Of a stretch of 64,000 nt of DNA, positions 48,436 through 60,731 are shown one piece after another. Position 1 is the stretch's first letter, and each line of letters starts with the position of its first letter. A program made the position numbers and the translations under genes. Source of the DNA: Competibacteraceae bacterium UBA6584 (lineage in GTDB: Bacteria > Pseudomonadota > Gammaproteobacteria > Competibacterales > Competibacteraceae); assembly GCA_002433805.1 (NCBI GenBank), contig DJIW01000128.1:15472-79471 (forward strand), read 5' to 3'. Under the pieces are notes generated by a model. It did no database searches, was not told the origin of the DNA, and worked only from the letters and a program-made list of their open reading frames with translations.

Positions 48436-50388
48436 TTAGCGGGCGACGAACCACGTCAGGAGGATCAGCAAGCCGACAATCATCGCGAACGCATAAGTGT
48501 ACAAATAACCCGTTTGCAGGTGTCGCGCCACCGCCGCGAACCAACCGACCAAGCGCGCCGTGCCGTTCACCAAAACGCCGTCGATCAAGCCGGCGTCGCC
48601 GTACTTCCACAGCAGAGTGCCGGTTTCGCGGCTGCCTTTGGCGAAAAACCGTTGGTAGAAGCTGTCGAAATAATATTTGTTGTCCAGAATTGCGTATACC
48701 GGCGCGATCCGCTGGCGGATGCGCTCGGGCAATTCCGGCCTCAGCATATACAGATAGAAAGCCGCTCCGAAACCGGCAAGCACCAGGAAAAACGGCAGCG
48801 CCGTCAATCCGTGCAGCGCGAAATTCATCGGGCCGTGAAACTCTTCCTTGATATGCTCCAGCACGTTATGTTCGGGCGCGACGAAAATGCTGTTGCCGAA
48901 GCCATTGCCGAACAGCAGTGCTTCGATGGTCATCGCGCCGATGATCACCGAAGGAATCGCCAATAACACTAGCGGCCCCCACACCACCGCCGGCGTTTCG
49001 TGCAGATGTTCCTTGGTGTGGTGATCCATCCGTTCCTTGCCGTGGAACACGACGAAATACAGTCGGAAGGAATAAAACGAGGTCACGAACACGCCCAGCA
49101 CCACCGCGAAATAGGCGAACCCAGAACCGGCGATATGCGAGTAATGCACCGCTTCTAGAATGCTGTCTTTGGAGAAGAACCCGGAAAAGCCCGGCGTGCC
49201 GACCAAGGCCAGCGTGCCGATCAGGAACGTAAACCAGGTGATGGGCATGTATTTCCAGAGGCCGCCCATCTTGCGGATATCCTGTTCGTGATGCATGGCG
49301 ATGATCACCGAGCCCGCGCCCAAAAACAGCAGCGCTTTGAAAAAGGCGTGGGTCATCAGATGGAAAATCGCGACCGGATACGCGGACACGCCCAGCGCCA
49401 CGGTCATGTAACCGAGCTGCGAGAGCGTGGAGTAAGCCACCACCCGCTTGATGTCGTTCTGGACGATGCCGAGGAAGCCCATGAACAGCGCGGTGATCGA
49501 GCCGATCACCAAGACGAAGCTCAAGGCCGTTTCCGACAGCTCAAACAGCGGCGACATGCGGGCCACCATGAAGATGCCGGCGGTCACCATGGTCGCGGCG
49601 TGGATCAAGGCGGAAATCGGCGTCGGGCCTTCCATCGAATCCGGCAGCCACACATGCAGCGGCACCTGCGCCGATTTACCCATCGCGCCGATGAACAGCA
49701 GAATGCAAATCAGGGTCATCAACGACCAATCCAAGCCGGGAATCACTTCCACGGTCACCCCGGTCATCAGCGGGGCAGCCGCGAACACATCGGCGTAATC
49801 CAGACTGTTGAAGGCCATCAGCACGGCGGCGATGCCGAGCAGGAAGCCGAAATCGCCGACCCGGTTGACCAGGAAGGCCTTCATGTTGGCGAAGATCGCG
49901 CTCTCGCGCTTGTACCAAAAGCCGATCAACAAATACGACACCAAGCCCACGCCTTCCCAACCGAAGAACAGTTGCAGGAAGTTGTTGGCCATCACCAGCA
50001 TCAGCATGGAGAAGGTAAACAGCGCGATGTAACTGAAGAAGCGCTGGTAGCCGTCGTCGTCGTGCATGTAGCCGATGGTGTAGATATGCACCATCAAGGA
50101 CACGAAGGTAACGGTCGAAATCATCACCGCCGTCAGGTTATCGACCAGAAAGCCGACTTCCAGGCGGATGCCCTCGATCATCATCCAGGTGTAAACCGTG
50201 CCGTTGTACGGCTCCGCGCCGTTGAAAACGTGATGGCGCAACACCACCAGCGACAGCAGAAAGGCCACCGCCACGCCGATGATGGTGACCCAATGAGCGC
50301 CGGCGCGCCCGATCTTGCGGCCGAACAGACCGGCGACCAGCGCGCCGAACAGCGGCGCCAGCACAATCCCGAGATAGACGTTTTGCAT
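48436..50388 (-). CDS. nuoL: NADH-quinone oxidoreductase subunit L
   Basis: GKSAQVPLHVWLPDSMEGPTP, HAFFKALLFL. Confidence 0.96.
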   Translation of the reverse strand: MQNVYLGIVLAPLFGALVAGLFGRKIGRAGAHWVTIIGVAVAFLLSLVVLRHHVFNGAEPYNGTVYTWMMIEGIRLEVGFLVDNLTAVMISTVTFVSLMVHIYTIGYMHDDDGYQRFFSYIALFTFSMLMLVMANNFLQLFFGWEGVGLVSYLLIGFWYKRESAIFANMKAFLVNRVGDFGFLLGIAAVLMAFNSLDYADVFAAAPLMTGVTVEVIPGLDWSLMTLICILLFIGAMGKSAQVPLHVWLPDSMEGPTPISALIHAATMVTAGIFMVARMSPLFELSETALSFVLVIGSITALFMGFLGIVQNDIKRVVAYSTLSQLGYMTVALGVSAYPVAIFHLMTHAFFKALLFLGAGSVIIAMHHEQDIRKMGGLWKYMPITWFTFLIGTLALVGTPGFSGFFSKDSILEAVHYSHIAGSGFAYFAVVLGVFVTSFYSFRLYFVVFHGKERMDHHTKEHLHETPAVVWGPLVLLAIPSVIIGAMTIEALLFGNGFGNSIFVAPEHNVLEHIKEEFHGPMNFALHGLTALPFFLVLAGFGAAFYLYMLRPELPERIRQRIAPVYAILDNKYYFDSFYQRFFAKGSRETGTLLWKYGDAGLIDGVLVNGTARLVGWFAAVARHLQTGYLYTYAFAMIVGLLILLTWFVAR

Positions 50389-50393
50389 GCCGG

Positions 50394-50699
50394 CTAACCC
50401 TTTAAGGTATCGAGGTCGGCTACGTTGATGGTGCGCCGGTTGCGGAACAGCACCACCAGAATGGCCAAGCCGATGGCCGATTCGGCCGCCGCCACGGTCA
50501 GGATGAAGAAGACGAAGATCTGGCCGATGGTGTCATCGAGAAACCGCGAAAAGGCGATGAAGTTAAAATTGACCGCCAGCAACATGAGCTCGATCGACAT
50601 CAGCAGGATAATGACGTTCTTCCGATTCAGAAAAATGCCGGCCACGCTGAGACAAAAGAGGATCGCTCCCAGCACGAGATAATCAGTCAGCGCGATCAT
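50394..50699 (-). CDS. nuoK: NADH-quinone oxidoreductase subunit K
   Basis: [17 protein letters not shown]. Confidence 0.96.
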   Translation of the reverse strand: MIALTDYLVLGAILFCLSVAGIFLNRKNVIILLMSIELMLLAVNFNFIAFSRFLDDTIGQIFVFFILTVAAAESAIGLAILVVLFRNRRTINVADLDTLKG

Positions 50700-50795
50700 C
50701 TATCCCCCGCCTTGACGTATTGAAATGATTGGAGTTCGTTATGCCGGCCGGGACGGCGCTGCCGTCGGGTCCGGTTCCAGGCGCCGGTTGTTGCT

Positions 50796-51395
50796 TTACT
50801 TTTTCTCCGCCGCCATGCGCACCAGCCGCACCCGGTCGTCGCGCGACACCCGAACCTGCTGGCTCGGATTCTGGCTCTTGGTGCCTTCGCGGCGGCGCAG
50901 GGTCAAGCTGATGGCGGCGATGATCGCCACCAGCAGAATCACCGAGGCGATTTCAAACGGATAAACATAAAAGGTATACAGGACGCTGCCCAGCTCCTTG
51001 GTGTTGCTGTACTCCGCGGCGCGCGAGCTCAGTTGGTATTGATCGGAGCTGAAGTAGTTGGAACCGACCACCAGCGCCATCTCGATGACGATGACGGCGG
51101 CGATGGTCGCCCCGACCGGCAGATACTGAATGAACCCCTCGCGCGCCGGCGCGGCGTTAAGATCGAGCATCATCACCACGAACAAAAACAGCACCATCAC
51201 CGCGCCGACGTAAACCAGTACCAGGGTAATGGCCAGAAACTCCGCTTCGATCAACAGCCAGAGCGCCGCGCTGGTGAAAAACGCCAGGACCAGAAATAAC
51301 GCGGCGTGCACCGCGTTGCGCACCGTAATCACCCGCACCGCCGCAACCACCAGAATCACGGCGAACAGATAAAACAAAAACTTTTCAAATCCCAT
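50796..51395 (-). CDS. nuoJ: NADH-quinone oxidoreductase subunit J
   Basis: VYVGAVMVLFLFVVM, YPFEIAS. Confidence 0.96.
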   Translation of the reverse strand: MGFEKFLFYLFAVILVVAAVRVITVRNAVHAALFLVLAFFTSAALWLLIEAEFLAITLVLVYVGAVMVLFLFVVMMLDLNAAPAREGFIQYLPVGATIAAVIVIEMALVVGSNYFSSDQYQLSSRAAEYSNTKELGSVLYTFYVYPFEIASVILLVAIIAAISLTLRRREGTKSQNPSQQVRVSRDDRVRLVRMAAEKK

Positions 51396-51425
51396 GAGCA
51401 GACCTGTTTGGGTTCGGTCGACAAG

Positions 51426-51926
51426 CTAGCGATAGGCGGCGTCGGCGGCCCGGTCGGCGGCGATTTGCGCCTCGCACCGGTCGCCGTGCGCGAGCAATTT
51501 TTGCTTGGTCATGATGTGCTCGCCGCGCTTTTCAAAATGGTAATCGAAGGTCCGGGTCTCGACGATGGCGTCCACCGGACAGGCTTCCTCGCAAAATCCG
51601 CAATAGATGCACTTGAACAGGTCGATGTCGTAGCGCGTGGTGCGGCGGGTGCCATCATCCCGCCGCTCGGATTCGATGGTGATCGCCAGGGCCGGACAGA
51701 CCGCCTCGCACAGCTTGCAGGCGATGCAGCGCTCCTCGCCGTTCGGATAGCGGCGCTGGGCGTGCAGGCCGCGAAAGCGCGGCGACAGCGGCGTGCGTTC
51801 CTCGGGAAACTGCACCGTGATTTTCTTGGCGAACATGTAGCGCCCGGTCACCCCCAGGCCGAGCAACAATTCCCAAAGCAAAAAGCTTTTGAAGTAGTGC
51901 CGAAGCGCGTTCATGGTTTTAATCAT
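51426..51926 (-). CDS. nuoI: NADH-quinone oxidoreductase subunit I
   Basis: [12 protein letters not shown] and [12 protein letters not shown]; start could be 51914. Confidence 0.96.
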   Translation of the reverse strand: MIKTMNALRHYFKSFLLWELLLGLGVTGRYMFAKKITVQFPEERTPLSPRFRGLHAQRRYPNGEERCIACKLCEAVCPALAITIESERRDDGTRRTTRYDIDLFKCIYCGFCEEACPVDAIVETRTFDYHFEKRGEHIMTKQKLLAHGDRCEAQIAADRAADAAYR

Positions 51927-51938
51927 CGCTTTCTCGCC

Positions 51939-52961
51939 TCAGTCGAACCACGGACCGACTCGGCCCAACACGCCCAATCCGATCACCACGATCCAGACCA
52001 GGGTCACCGGAATGAAAATCTTCCAACCCAGCCGCATGATCTGGTCGTAACGATAACGCGGGAAGGTGGCGCGGAACCACAGGAAAAACAGCAGAAGCAG
52101 CGAAATTTTGAGCACCAGCCACAGCGCGCCCGGCACGAACGCGAACAAAGGCCCCAATCCCGGAATCCCCTCGAACGGCGACAGCCAGCCGCCCAGGAAC
52201 ATGGTGGAAGCCAGCGCCGACACCAGAATCATGTTGGCGTATTCGGCCAGGAAGAACACCGCGAAGGCCATGCCGGAATAATCGACATGGAAGCCGGCGA
52301 CGATTTCCGATTCGCCCTCGGCCACGTCGAACGGCGCGCGGTTGGTTTCCGCCACCCCGGAAATGAAATAGACCAAAAACAGCGGCAGCAGCGGCAACCA
52401 GAACCAATGCAGGATGCTCCCCTGCTGCGCCAGCACCACCTGATTGAGATTCAGACTCCCCGCCGCCATCAGCACGCCCACCAACGCGAAGCCCATGGCG
52501 ATCTCATAGGACACGATCTGAGCCGCCGAGCGCATCGCGCCGAGGAAGGCATATTTTGAATTCGAAGCCCAGCCGGCGATGATCACGCCGTAGACGCCCA
52601 TCGAAGTCAGCGCCAGCAGATACAGGATGCCGGCGTCCAGGTGCGAGATCATCATGCCATCGCCGAAGGGAATCACCGCCCAGGCCGCCAGCGCCGGACC
52701 GAAGGCGACCACCGGCGCGAGCAGAAACAAAAACTTGTCCGATCGGCTGGGGATGATGATTTCCTTGAACATCAACTTCATGGCATCGGCAATCGGCTGT
52801 AGCCAGCCTTTTGGCCCGACTCGATTCGGGCCGATCCGCACCTGCATGTAGCCGATGATCTTGCGCTCGGCGAGGGTCAGATAGGCCACGGCGCCCAGCA
52901 ACGGCATCAGCACGGCGAATATTTTCAGAAGGATGATGATTAACGTCCAGAGCACTTCCAC
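51939..52961 (-). CDS. nuoH: NADH-quinone oxidoreductase subunit H
   Basis: [27 protein letters not shown]; GTG start at 52961. Confidence 0.95.
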   Translation of the reverse strand: MEVLWTLIIILLKIFAVLMPLLGAVAYLTLAERKIIGYMQVRIGPNRVGPKGWLQPIADAMKLMFKEIIIPSRSDKFLFLLAPVVAFGPALAAWAVIPFGDGMMISHLDAGILYLLALTSMGVYGVIIAGWASNSKYAFLGAMRSAAQIVSYEIAMGFALVGVLMAAGSLNLNQVVLAQQGSILHWFWLPLLPLFLVYFISGVAETNRAPFDVAEGESEIVAGFHVDYSGMAFAVFFLAEYANMILVSALASTMFLGGWLSPFEGIPGLGPLFAFVPGALWLVLKISLLLLFFLWFRATFPRYRYDQIMRLGWKIFIPVTLVWIVVIGLGVLGRVGPWFD

Positions 52962-52980
52962 GATCCAGAACCCTTTATCG

Positions 52981-55335
52981 TTATTGGATGGTGACCGGTC
53001 CCACCGAGGGACCGAGCGCCACGCTGGCCGATCCCGCCGGAATCCACACGCAGCCCTTGGGCACGCCCGCGTCCAGCACCAGCGGCAAATCGACCGCCGC
53101 GCCATTCTGGCGCACCTGAATCTGCTCCCGGCCGGCCACCCCCAACTCCTGGGCCATATCCGGATGCAGCCGGGCCGCGACGGCTTGGCCCAACGGGCTC
53201 GCCTGCAGTGAAGGGGCGCGCCGCACCAGCGCATCCGCGCCGTAGATCGGCACCTCGGCCACCCGCACCAAGCCCTCGATCCGCAGCGGTTGCAGCGACT
53301 GGCCCGCGTCCGAGCGGTTGTCCGGTTTCAGGCCGTCGCACGCGCCTCGCGCCTCGGCCAGCACCTCATCGGAACTCAGATACTCAAAACCGTCCAAGCC
53401 GCAGAGATTGCCCAACACCCGCAACACTTTCCAGGCGGGACGGGCCTCGCCGAGCGGCTTGCTCGCGCCCTGGAAACTCTGCCAGCGCCCCTCGGCGTTG
53501 ACGTAGGTGCCGGAAGTCTCGGCGAAGGTGGCCACCGGCAGAATCGTCTTGGCGTAACCCCTGGTGGTGGCGCTGGCGTAGGGGCTGAGCACGATCACGC
53601 TTTCCGCGCCCTGCATCGCCTTCAGCGCCGCCGCGCCGTTCCAACAATCCAATTCCGGTTCGACGCCGATCACCACATAAACCTTGCGCGGCGATTCCAA
53701 CATCGCCCGCGCATCCGCGCCCGCCACGCCCGCCGGCTTGCCGCCCGGTCCACGGTGGGGCAGCGCGCCGGTCAGCCACGCGCCCGCCGAGTTGGCGGCT
53801 TCCGGCAGATAGCCCAGCCGAGCGCCGCTGGCTTCGGCGATAAAGCCCGCCAGCGCCCGCAGTTGCGCGAACGCCGGATGGGCGACCGCCAGATTGCCGA
53901 GCAACACCGCAGCCGGCGCGTTGTCGATCAAATGGTTGGCGATGGCGCGGGCCGCGCCCTTGGGTTCGCCGGATTTGAGCGCCGCCAAATTCTCCGGCAC
54001 GGCCTGGTTCTTGAGCTCCGCCACGGCCTGCGCCACACCGGCTAGCCCAGCCACCATGCCGGCGGGATCGGCCACGATCTTGGCGGTCACCGGGAAGCGG
54101 AAGTCGAAATCGCGCGGGTTGACGCACAACATCCGCGCGCCCGCCAGCGCCGCCTTGCGCAGCCGGTGGCTGGCCAGCGGCTGCTCCATCCGCACGTTGC
54201 TGCCGATCAGCAACGCCGATTTCACTTTTTCCAGATCGGCTACTTCCTGGCCCAGCCAGGGGAACGCCGGGGCCGCGTCCTGGTCGCTGAAATCGGCCTG
54301 CCGCAACCGATGGTCGATGTTGGCCACGCCCAAGCCCCGCGCCAGCTTTTGCGCCAGATACAGTTCCTCGACAGTCGCGGTCGGCGAAACCAGAAACCCA
54401 ATCGCGTCGGTCCCGTGGCGGGCAATGCTGTCTTTCAACCGCTCGGCCGTTACCTCCAAGGCGGACTCCCACTCGACCTCCTGACCCTCGAGCAACGGTT
54501 TGGCCAAGCGGTCGTCGCTGTAAATGCCTTCGTAGCTGAAGCGGTCGCGGTCTGAAAGCCAGGTTTCGTTGACCGACTCGTTCTCGCGCGGCACCACCCG
54601 CATCACCTGCCCGCGCAGGGTGTGAATGAAGACGTTGGAGCCGATTGAATCGTGCGGGGCGATGGCGGCGTGCTGGAGATATTCCCAAGACCGTCCCTTG
54701 AAGCGCGAGGGCTTGGCGGTCAGCGCGCCGACCGGACAGAGGTCGATGACGTTGCCCGACAGCTCCGAAACCACGGCCTTGGAGATGTAGGTGCCGATCT
54801 CCACATGTTCGCCGCGCCCGGTCGCGCCGAGCTCGCGCAGGCCGGCGATTTCCTCGCCGAAACGCACGCAGCGGGTGCAGTGGATGCAGCGGGTCATGTC
54901 GGTGGCGATCAGCGGCCCGATGTCCTTGTCGCGCACCACCCGCTTGCGCTCGTCGAAACGGGAGGCGTCGCTGCCGTAACCCAGCGCCAGATCCTGCAGC
55001 TCGCACTCCCCGCCCTGATCGCAGATCGGGCAATCCAGCGGGTGGTTGATCAGCAGAAACTCCATGGTGCCTTTCTGGGCAGCTAGCGCCTTGGCCGATT
55101 CGGTGTGAACCTTCATGCCCTCCATCACCGGCGTCGCGCAGGCGGGCAGCGGCTTGGGGGCTTTTTCGACCTCGACCAGACACATCCGGCAGTTGGCGGC
55201 GATGGACAGTTTCTTGTGATAGCAAAACCGGGGGATCGCGATGCCCGCCGCGTCGGTGACTTCGATGAGCATCGCGCCCTTGCGGGCCTTCAGCGGGATG
55301 CCGTTGACTTCGATATTGACTGATTCCTCGCTCAT
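52981..55335 (-). CDS. nuoG: NADH-quinone oxidoreductase subunit G
   Basis: [35 protein letters not shown]. Confidence 0.96.
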   Translation of the reverse strand: MSEESVNIEVNGIPLKARKGAMLIEVTDAAGIAIPRFCYHKKLSIAANCRMCLVEVEKAPKPLPACATPVMEGMKVHTESAKALAAQKGTMEFLLINHPLDCPICDQGGECELQDLALGYGSDASRFDERKRVVRDKDIGPLIATDMTRCIHCTRCVRFGEEIAGLRELGATGRGEHVEIGTYISKAVVSELSGNVIDLCPVGALTAKPSRFKGRSWEYLQHAAIAPHDSIGSNVFIHTLRGQVMRVVPRENESVNETWLSDRDRFSYEGIYSDDRLAKPLLEGQEVEWESALEVTAERLKDSIARHGTDAIGFLVSPTATVEELYLAQKLARGLGVANIDHRLRQADFSDQDAAPAFPWLGQEVADLEKVKSALLIGSNVRMEQPLASHRLRKAALAGARMLCVNPRDFDFRFPVTAKIVADPAGMVAGLAGVAQAVAELKNQAVPENLAALKSGEPKGAARAIANHLIDNAPAAVLLGNLAVAHPAFAQLRALAGFIAEASGARLGYLPEAANSAGAWLTGALPHRGPGGKPAGVAGADARAMLESPRKVYVVIGVEPELDCWNGAAALKAMQGAESVIVLSPYASATTRGYAKTILPVATFAETSGTYVNAEGRWQSFQGASKPLGEARPAWKVLRVLGNLCGLDGFEYLSSDEVLAEARGACDGLKPDNRSDAGQSLQPLRIEGLVRVAEVPIYGADALVRRAPSLQASPLGQAVAARLHPDMAQELGVAGREQIQVRQNGAAVDLPLVLDAGVPKGCVWIPAGSASVALGPSVGPVTIQ

Positions 55336-55373
55336 CTTTTACCCACTGCACCCGTGTTGGTGGTTTCGCGGCA

Positions 55374-56669
55374 TCACGCGGCCAGCGCCGATGCGCCTTG
55401 GACCATGCTGCGTTTGTGCTCGATGTAATAGGCGAATTCGTGGCGGTAATGCTTGACGAAGCTGCGCACCGGCATCGCGGCGGCGTCGCCCAGCGCGCAG
55501 ATGGTCCGGCCTTCGATGCGGGCGGCCACGCTGTCGAGCAGGTCCATATCTTCCGGACGGCCCTTGCCCTCGACGATGCGGGTCACCATCCGATACAACC
55601 AGCCGGTGCCCTCGCGGCACGGCGTGCATTGACCGCACGATTCCGAGTAGTAAAACCGGGAAACGCGCTGCAACACCTTGACCATGTCGGTGGTTTCGTC
55701 CATCACGATCACCGCTCCGGAGCCCAGCATCGAACCGGCGATCTTGACGACCGAGTCGTAGTCCATGTTGGCTTTGAGCATGATCTCGCCCGGCACCACC
55801 GGCACCGAGGAGCCGCCGGGAATCACCGCCTTAAGCTGGCGGCCTTTCCAGACGCCGCCGGCCAGCGCCAGCAGCTCGGCGAAGGGAATGCCCATCGACA
55901 CTTCGAAGTTGCCCGGCTTTTCGACGTGGCCGGACACCGAGAAAATCTTGGTCCCGCCGGCGTTGGCCACGCCGAGGCCCGAAAACCACTCGCCGCCCTT
56001 GCGGATGATCGAGGGCACCGAGGAAAAGGTTTCGGTGTTGTTGATGGTGGTCGGCCGGCCGTAAAGGCCGTAGTTGGCGGGAAACGGCGGCTTGAAGCGC
56101 GGCTGGCCCTTCTTGCCCTCCAGCGACTCCAGCAGGGCGGTTTCCTCGCCGCAGATGTAAGCGCCCGCGCCGAGGGTCGGATACAGATCGAAATCGATGC
56201 CCGATCCCTGAATGTTCTTGCCGAGCAAACCGGCGGCGTAGGCATCCTTGACCGCCGCTTCAAAGCGCTGGTAGGGCTCGTCCATGAACTCGCCGCGCAT
56301 GTAGTTGTAGCCGACCGTGGAGCCGGTCGCGAAACCGGCGATGGCCATGCCCTCGACCAGGGCGTGCGGGTTGAAGCGCAAGATGTCGCGGTCCTTGCAG
56401 GTGCCCGGCTCCGATTCGTCGGAGTTGCACACCATGTATTTCTGCACCGCGGCGTTGCGCGGCATGAAGGTCCATTTCAGCCCGGCCGGAAACCCCGCCC
56501 CGCCCCGGCCGCGCAAGCCGGATTTCTTGACTTCCTCGATCACTTGATCGGAGGTCATCTGCCCGCTCAGGATTTTGCTCCAGGCCTCATAACCGCCCAC
56601 GCTCCGGTAGGTCTCCATCGACCAGGGCCGCTCCAAGCCCAGCGTCTGGTAGCATACTTCGTTGGCCAT
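55374..56669 (-). CDS. nuoF: NADH-quinone oxidoreductase subunit F
   Basis: [28 protein letters not shown]. Confidence 0.96.
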   Translation of the reverse strand: MANEVCYQTLGLERPWSMETYRSVGGYEAWSKILSGQMTSDQVIEEVKKSGLRGRGGAGFPAGLKWTFMPRNAAVQKYMVCNSDESEPGTCKDRDILRFNPHALVEGMAIAGFATGSTVGYNYMRGEFMDEPYQRFEAAVKDAYAAGLLGKNIQGSGIDFDLYPTLGAGAYICGEETALLESLEGKKGQPRFKPPFPANYGLYGRPTTINNTETFSSVPSIIRKGGEWFSGLGVANAGGTKIFSVSGHVEKPGNFEVSMGIPFAELLALAGGVWKGRQLKAVIPGGSSVPVVPGEIMLKANMDYDSVVKIAGSMLGSGAVIVMDETTDMVKVLQRVSRFYYSESCGQCTPCREGTGWLYRMVTRIVEGKGRPEDMDLLDSVAARIEGRTICALGDAAAMPVRSFVKHYRHEFAYYIEHKRSMVQGASALAA

Positions 56670-56675
56670 CGCGGG

Positions 56676-57173
56676 TTACTCCAGGCTATCCAGCACCTGA
56701 TCCACTTTTTCCGGGGTCAAATGCTCGTAGTAGACGTGATCGACCTGCATCATCGGCGCTCCGCAGCAGGCGGCCAGACATTCTTCTTCCCGTTTCAGAT
56801 AGAACTTGCCGTCCGGGGTGCTTTCCCCCAGTTTGATGCCGAGCTTTTTCTCGATGTAGCTCAACACGGTATCGCCGCCGCGCAACAGGCAGGAGATGTT
56901 GGTGCACACCGCGATATTATGGCGGCCGACCGGTTTTAGCTCGAACATCGAGTAAAAGCTGGCGACCTCGTAAACGGCGATGGGCGGCATATCCAGATAA
57001 TCGGCCACCGCGTCCATCAGTTCCGTGGTGAGCCAGCCGCCGTTTTCGTGCTGCGCCTCGCGCAGGGCGGCCAGCACGGCCGATTGCTTCTGATCGGCGG
57101 GATAGCGGCTCAGCCAGTGATCGATCTCCGCGCGGGCGTGGGCGGACAGCAGATCGCTCTTGCGTTCACTCAT
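56676..57173 (-). CDS. nuoE: NADH-quinone oxidoreductase subunit E
   Basis: CTNISC, ECLAAC. Confidence 0.95.
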   Translation of the reverse strand: MSERKSDLLSAHARAEIDHWLSRYPADQKQSAVLAALREAQHENGGWLTTELMDAVADYLDMPPIAVYEVASFYSMFELKPVGRHNIAVCTNISCLLRGGDTVLSYIEKKLGIKLGESTPDGKFYLKREEECLAACCGAPMMQVDHVYYEHLTPEKVDQVLDSLE

Positions 57174-58432
57174 TAGCGGTCAACCTCTCCGAAGACGATG
57201 TCCTGAGTGCCGATAACGGCCACCACGTCGGCCAGCATGTGGCCTCGGGTCATTTCGTCCATGGACGACAGATGGGCGAAGCCCGCCGCCCGGACCTTGA
57301 CCCGATAGGGTTTGTTGGCGCCATCGGAAATCAGATAGATGCCGTACTCGCCCTTGGGGTGTTCGGTGGCGACGTACACTTCGCCCTCGGGCACGCAGTA
57401 GCCTTCCGTGAACAGCTTGAAATGGTGAATCAGCGCTTCCATGTCTTCCTTCATTTGGGCGCGCTTGGGCGGCGCGATCTTGTGATCGTCGACGATCACC
57501 GGCCCCGGATTGGCTTTCAACCAGTTGACGCACTGGCGGATGATGCGGTTGGACTGGCGCATTTCCTCGACCCGGACCAGATAGCGGTCGTAGCAGTCGC
57601 CGTTGACGCCGATCGGGATGTCGAAATCCAGTTGATCGTAAACCTCGTAGGGTTGCTTTTTGCGCAAATCCCAAGCGAAGCCGGACCCGCGCAGCATCGG
57701 CCCGGAAAAACCCAATTGCAAGGCGCGCTCGGGCGACACCACCCCGATGCCGACGGTGCGCTGCTTCCAGATCCGGTTGTCGGTCAGCAGGGTTTCATAT
57801 TCGTCGACATAGCCCGGAAACCGCTCGGTGAACGCTTCGATAAAATCCAGCAGCGAGCCCTGCCGGGTGGCGTTGCGCTCGTCGATCTCGTGTTTGCTGT
57901 GGCGCGGCGACTGGTCGTACTCGTACTTCGGCATGCTGTTCGGCAAGTCGCGATAGACCCCGCCGGGCCGAAAATAGGCGGCATGGAACCGCGTGCCGGA
58001 GACGGCCTCATAACAATCCAGCAAATCCTCGCGCTCGCGGAAAGCGTAGATGAACATGGTCATCGCGCCGATATCCAAGCCGTGCGCGCCGATCCACAGC
58101 AGATGGTTCAGCAGGCGGGTGATTTCCGCGAACATCACCCGGATGTATTGGGCGCGAACCGGCGGCTGGATGCCGAGCAGCTTCTCGATGGCCAGCACGT
58201 AGGACAGTTCGTTGCTCAGCGCCGACATGTAATCGAGCCGGTCCATGTAACCGATGCTCTGATTGAACGGCTTGCTCTCGGCCAACTTCTCGGTGGCCCG
58301 ATGCAGCAGGCCGATGTGCGGGTCGGCGCGCTGGACCACTTCGCCGTCCAGCTCCAGCACCAGCCGCAACACGCCGTGCGCGGCCGGATGCTGCGGTCCG
58401 AAGTTCAGGGTGTAATTGCGAATCTCGGGCAT
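57173..58432 (-). CDS. nuoD: NADH-quinone oxidoreductase subunit D
   Basis: [23 protein letters not shown]. Confidence 0.96.
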   Translation of the reverse strand: MPEIRNYTLNFGPQHPAAHGVLRLVLELDGEVVQRADPHIGLLHRATEKLAESKPFNQSIGYMDRLDYMSALSNELSYVLAIEKLLGIQPPVRAQYIRVMFAEITRLLNHLLWIGAHGLDIGAMTMFIYAFREREDLLDCYEAVSGTRFHAAYFRPGGVYRDLPNSMPKYEYDQSPRHSKHEIDERNATRQGSLLDFIEAFTERFPGYVDEYETLLTDNRIWKQRTVGIGVVSPERALQLGFSGPMLRGSGFAWDLRKKQPYEVYDQLDFDIPIGVNGDCYDRYLVRVEEMRQSNRIIRQCVNWLKANPGPVIVDDHKIAPPKRAQMKEDMEALIHHFKLFTEGYCVPEGEVYVATEHPKGEYGIYLISDGANKPYRVKVRAAGFAHLSSMDEMTRGHMLADVVAVIGTQDIVFGEVDR

Positions 58433-58445
58433 CGACAGCCTTCCT

Positions 58446-59153
58446 TCATTGCGATTCGAGGTAGCGGTTGTCCTTGCGGATGACGCGCGGGACCAGCACG
58501 CGCGGCTCGATGCTCACCGGCTCGTACACTACCCGGCCGCGCTCGGGATCGTAGCGCATCTCGACTTGGCCGATCAGCGGGAAATCCTTGCGGAACGGAT
58601 GGCCGATAAAACCGTAGTCGGTCAGAATCCGCCGCAGGTCCGGATGGCCCTCGAACGCGATGCCGAACAGGTCGAAGGCCTCGCGCTCGAACCAGTTGGC
58701 CGAGGACCACAAGCCCACCACCGACGGCACCACCGGCAAGTCGTCGTCGGGGGCGAACACCCGCACCCGCGCCCGGCGGTTGCGGGCGACCGACAACAGG
58801 TGGTAGACGGCGGCGAAGCGGCCCTTGCCGGCGAAGGTCCTGCCGGCGACATGCTGGATCGCCGCCGGACCGCGGCCGATGGCGCGGGGCTCCACGCCGC
58901 GGCTGAAGCCGCTGCTGGACGACTCATCGGTCGTCCACTCGACATCGCCGTAAGCCGCGTAATCCACCCCGCACACATCCATGAGCTGCTCGAAGGCGAA
59001 CTCGGGTTCGTCGCGCAGGGCCGTGAAAATTTCGATGGCCCGCTCGGGCGGGATTTCGAGGGTGATCTCGCGGCGGTCCAGCTTGCACTCGCGCAGCGCA
59101 TCGCCGAATCGCGTTTTAAGTTGGTCCAGCAGAGTCTGAAGCGCGTCAGCCAT
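58446..59153 (-). CDS. nuoC: NADH-quinone oxidoreductase subunit C
   Basis: [31 protein letters not shown]; ATG at 59153. Confidence 0.95.
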   Translation of the reverse strand: MADALQTLLDQLKTRFGDALRECKLDRREITLEIPPERAIEIFTALRDEPEFAFEQLMDVCGVDYAAYGDVEWTTDESSSSGFSRGVEPRAIGRGPAAIQHVAGRTFAGKGRFAAVYHLLSVARNRRARVRVFAPDDDLPVVPSVVGLWSSANWFEREAFDLFGIAFEGHPDLRRILTDYGFIGHPFRKDFPLIGQVEMRYDPERGRVVYEPVSIEPRVLVPRVIRKDNRYLESQ

Positions 59154-59164
59154 GGAGCATTCTC

Positions 59165-59641
59165 TCAACGGGCGATGGTGTTGGTTCGCCGGATTTTGTT
59201 TTGAAGCTGGAGAATTCCGTAAATCAAGGCTTCCGCCGTCGGCGGACAACCGGGCACGTAGATATCCACCGGCACGATCCGGTCGCAGCCGCGCACCACC
59301 GCATAGGAATAATGGTAATAACCGCCACCGTTGGCGCAGGAGCCCATGGAAATCACCCAGCGCGGCTCCGGCATCTGATCGTAAACTTTCCGCAAGGCCG
59401 GCCCCATCTTATTGCACAAGGTGCCGGCGACGATCATCACATCGGACTGGCGGGGGCTCGGGCGAAACACCATGCCGAAACGGTCCAGATCGTAGCGGGC
59501 CGCGCCGGCGTGCATCATCTCCACCGCGCAGCAGGCCAGCCCGAAGGTCATCGGCCACATCGAGCCGGTGCGCGCCCAGTTGATCAACGCATCGGCCGTG
59601 GTGGTGACCAGGCCCTTTTCAAGAATGCCTTCTATTCCCAT
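59165..59641 (-). CDS. nuoB: NADH-quinone oxidoreductase subunit B
   Basis: [21 protein letters not shown]. Confidence 0.96.
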   Translation of the reverse strand: MGIEGILEKGLVTTTADALINWARTGSMWPMTFGLACCAVEMMHAGAARYDLDRFGMVFRPSPRQSDVMIVAGTLCNKMGPALRKVYDQMPEPRWVISMGSCANGGGYYHYSYAVVRGCDRIVPVDIYVPGCPPTAEALIYGILQLQNKIRRTNTIAR

Positions 59642-59988
59642 TCCAAGGCTCCTTTCTTCCACTCGTAGATGAAACCGACCACCAGGATGCCCAGAAAGAC
59701 CGTCATCGCCGCAAAACCGAACAGGCCGATTTTATCGAGCACGATCGCCCAAGGGACCAGAAAGGCGATTTCCAAATCGAAGAGGATGAACAGAATGGCC
59801 ACCAGATAGTAGCGGACATCGAATTTCATTCGCGCGTCCTCGAACGACTCGAAACCGCATTCATAAGGCGACAGTTTCTCGGGATCGGGATGGCGGGTGC
59901 CGAGAAAATACCCCGCGGCGACCATGAATACGCCCATCGCGAAGGACAGCGCGATAAAAATCAATACAGGCAGGTAATTGGAAAGCAT
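59632..59988 (-). CDS. nuoA: NADH-quinone oxidoreductase subunit A
   Basis: [19 protein letters not shown]. Confidence 0.96.
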   Translation of the reverse strand: MLSNYLPVLIFIALSFAMGVFMVAAGYFLGTRHPDPEKLSPYECGFESFEDARMKFDVRYYLVAILFILFDLEIAFLVPWAIVLDKIGLFGFAAMTVFLGILVVGFIYEWKKGALEWE

Positions 59989-60270
59989 CGGAATCACACC
60001 TTCGGCATGGGCGAACCGGCAGAGGGGGCGCTAGAGAGCTAGGCGCCCGACGGCGGGCACGGCGCGTTCGATCCACCTAGCAAGGAGCTGCAACAACTTG
60101 GGCAGGGAAACATCTGGAACCGGCGAGGCGAGCTATCGTTGTTAGAGTTATCACGCCGCATAAACATGAAACCTCATCGTGGTATCCGCAATCGCAGCCC
60201 CCGGCCGCCGCTCGGCGGCGTCGGAGCATGCATGGCGTCTTGTCGGTATCCCAAGACGCTCTGTTTTAGT

Positions 60271-60355
60271 TGGTGCCGATGGCCGGACTCGAACCGGCAC
60301 GGCTTGCGCCACTAACCCCTCAAGCTAGCGTGTCTACCAGTTCCACCACATCGGC
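60271..60355 (-). tRNA. tRNA-Leu (anticodon GAG)
   Basis: Reverse complement GCCGATGTGGTGGAACTGGTAGACACG...TT-GAG-GG...GGTTCGAGTCC...CACCA; 85 nt with long variable arm; usual position after secG. Confidence 0.95.
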
Positions 60356-60380
60356 AAAATCCGTTCGATCCGATGTTCCG

Positions 60381-60722
60381 CTACGGTTTTTGCGGCAACT
60401 GCGGGACATCGGTAGGGCCGCCAAGGCTCTTGGGAGCCTCGACGGGTTTTTGAATCTGCACCCGTTCGATCACGCTTTGCGGCGCGGAGCGTTGGGTCGC
60501 GAAGTACGCCAGCGTCAGGCTCGTCAGAAAAAACGCCGTGGCTAGAATAGCCGTGGTCCGGCTTAAAAAGGAGGCGGAACCGCGCGATCCGAACATAGTG
60601 GCGGAAGCGCCGCTGCCGAACGCGGCGCCCGCGTCGGCGCCCTTGCCCTGCTGCATTAGCACCAGCCCGATCAGGGCCACGGCGACGACGACATGCGCCA
60701 CGAGAATCAGAGTGTAAACCAT
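60381..60722 (-). CDS. secG: Preprotein translocase subunit
   Basis: QQGKGADAGAAFGSGASATMFGS. Confidence 0.95.
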   Translation of the reverse strand: MVYTLILVAHVVVAVALIGLVLMQQGKGADAGAAFGSGASATMFGSRGSASFLSRTTAILATAFFLTSLTLAYFATQRSAPQSVIERVQIQKPVEAPKSLGGPTDVPQLPQKP

Positions 60723-60731
60723 GGCGACAGT

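Noticed and set aside
46879-48966. 695-aa ORF antisense to nuoM/nuoL, and similar long ORFs over tkt, nuoG, nuoF and nuoD
   Set aside because: Stop-poor shadow or alternate frames of conserved GC-rich genes
52962-53234. N-terminal extension of nuoH
   Set aside because: Overlaps nuoG; GTG at 52961 gives a normal NuoH
57860-58960. Insertions in NuoD and NuoC relative to the E. coli proteins
   Set aside because: Similar insertions are common in beta- and gammaproteobacterial 14-subunit complex I; no intein or intron features
59998-60270. Long nuoA leader as a possible riboswitch or sRNA
   Set aside because: Only short GC hairpins; no recognisable RNA family motif; length is compatible with an ordinary promoter region
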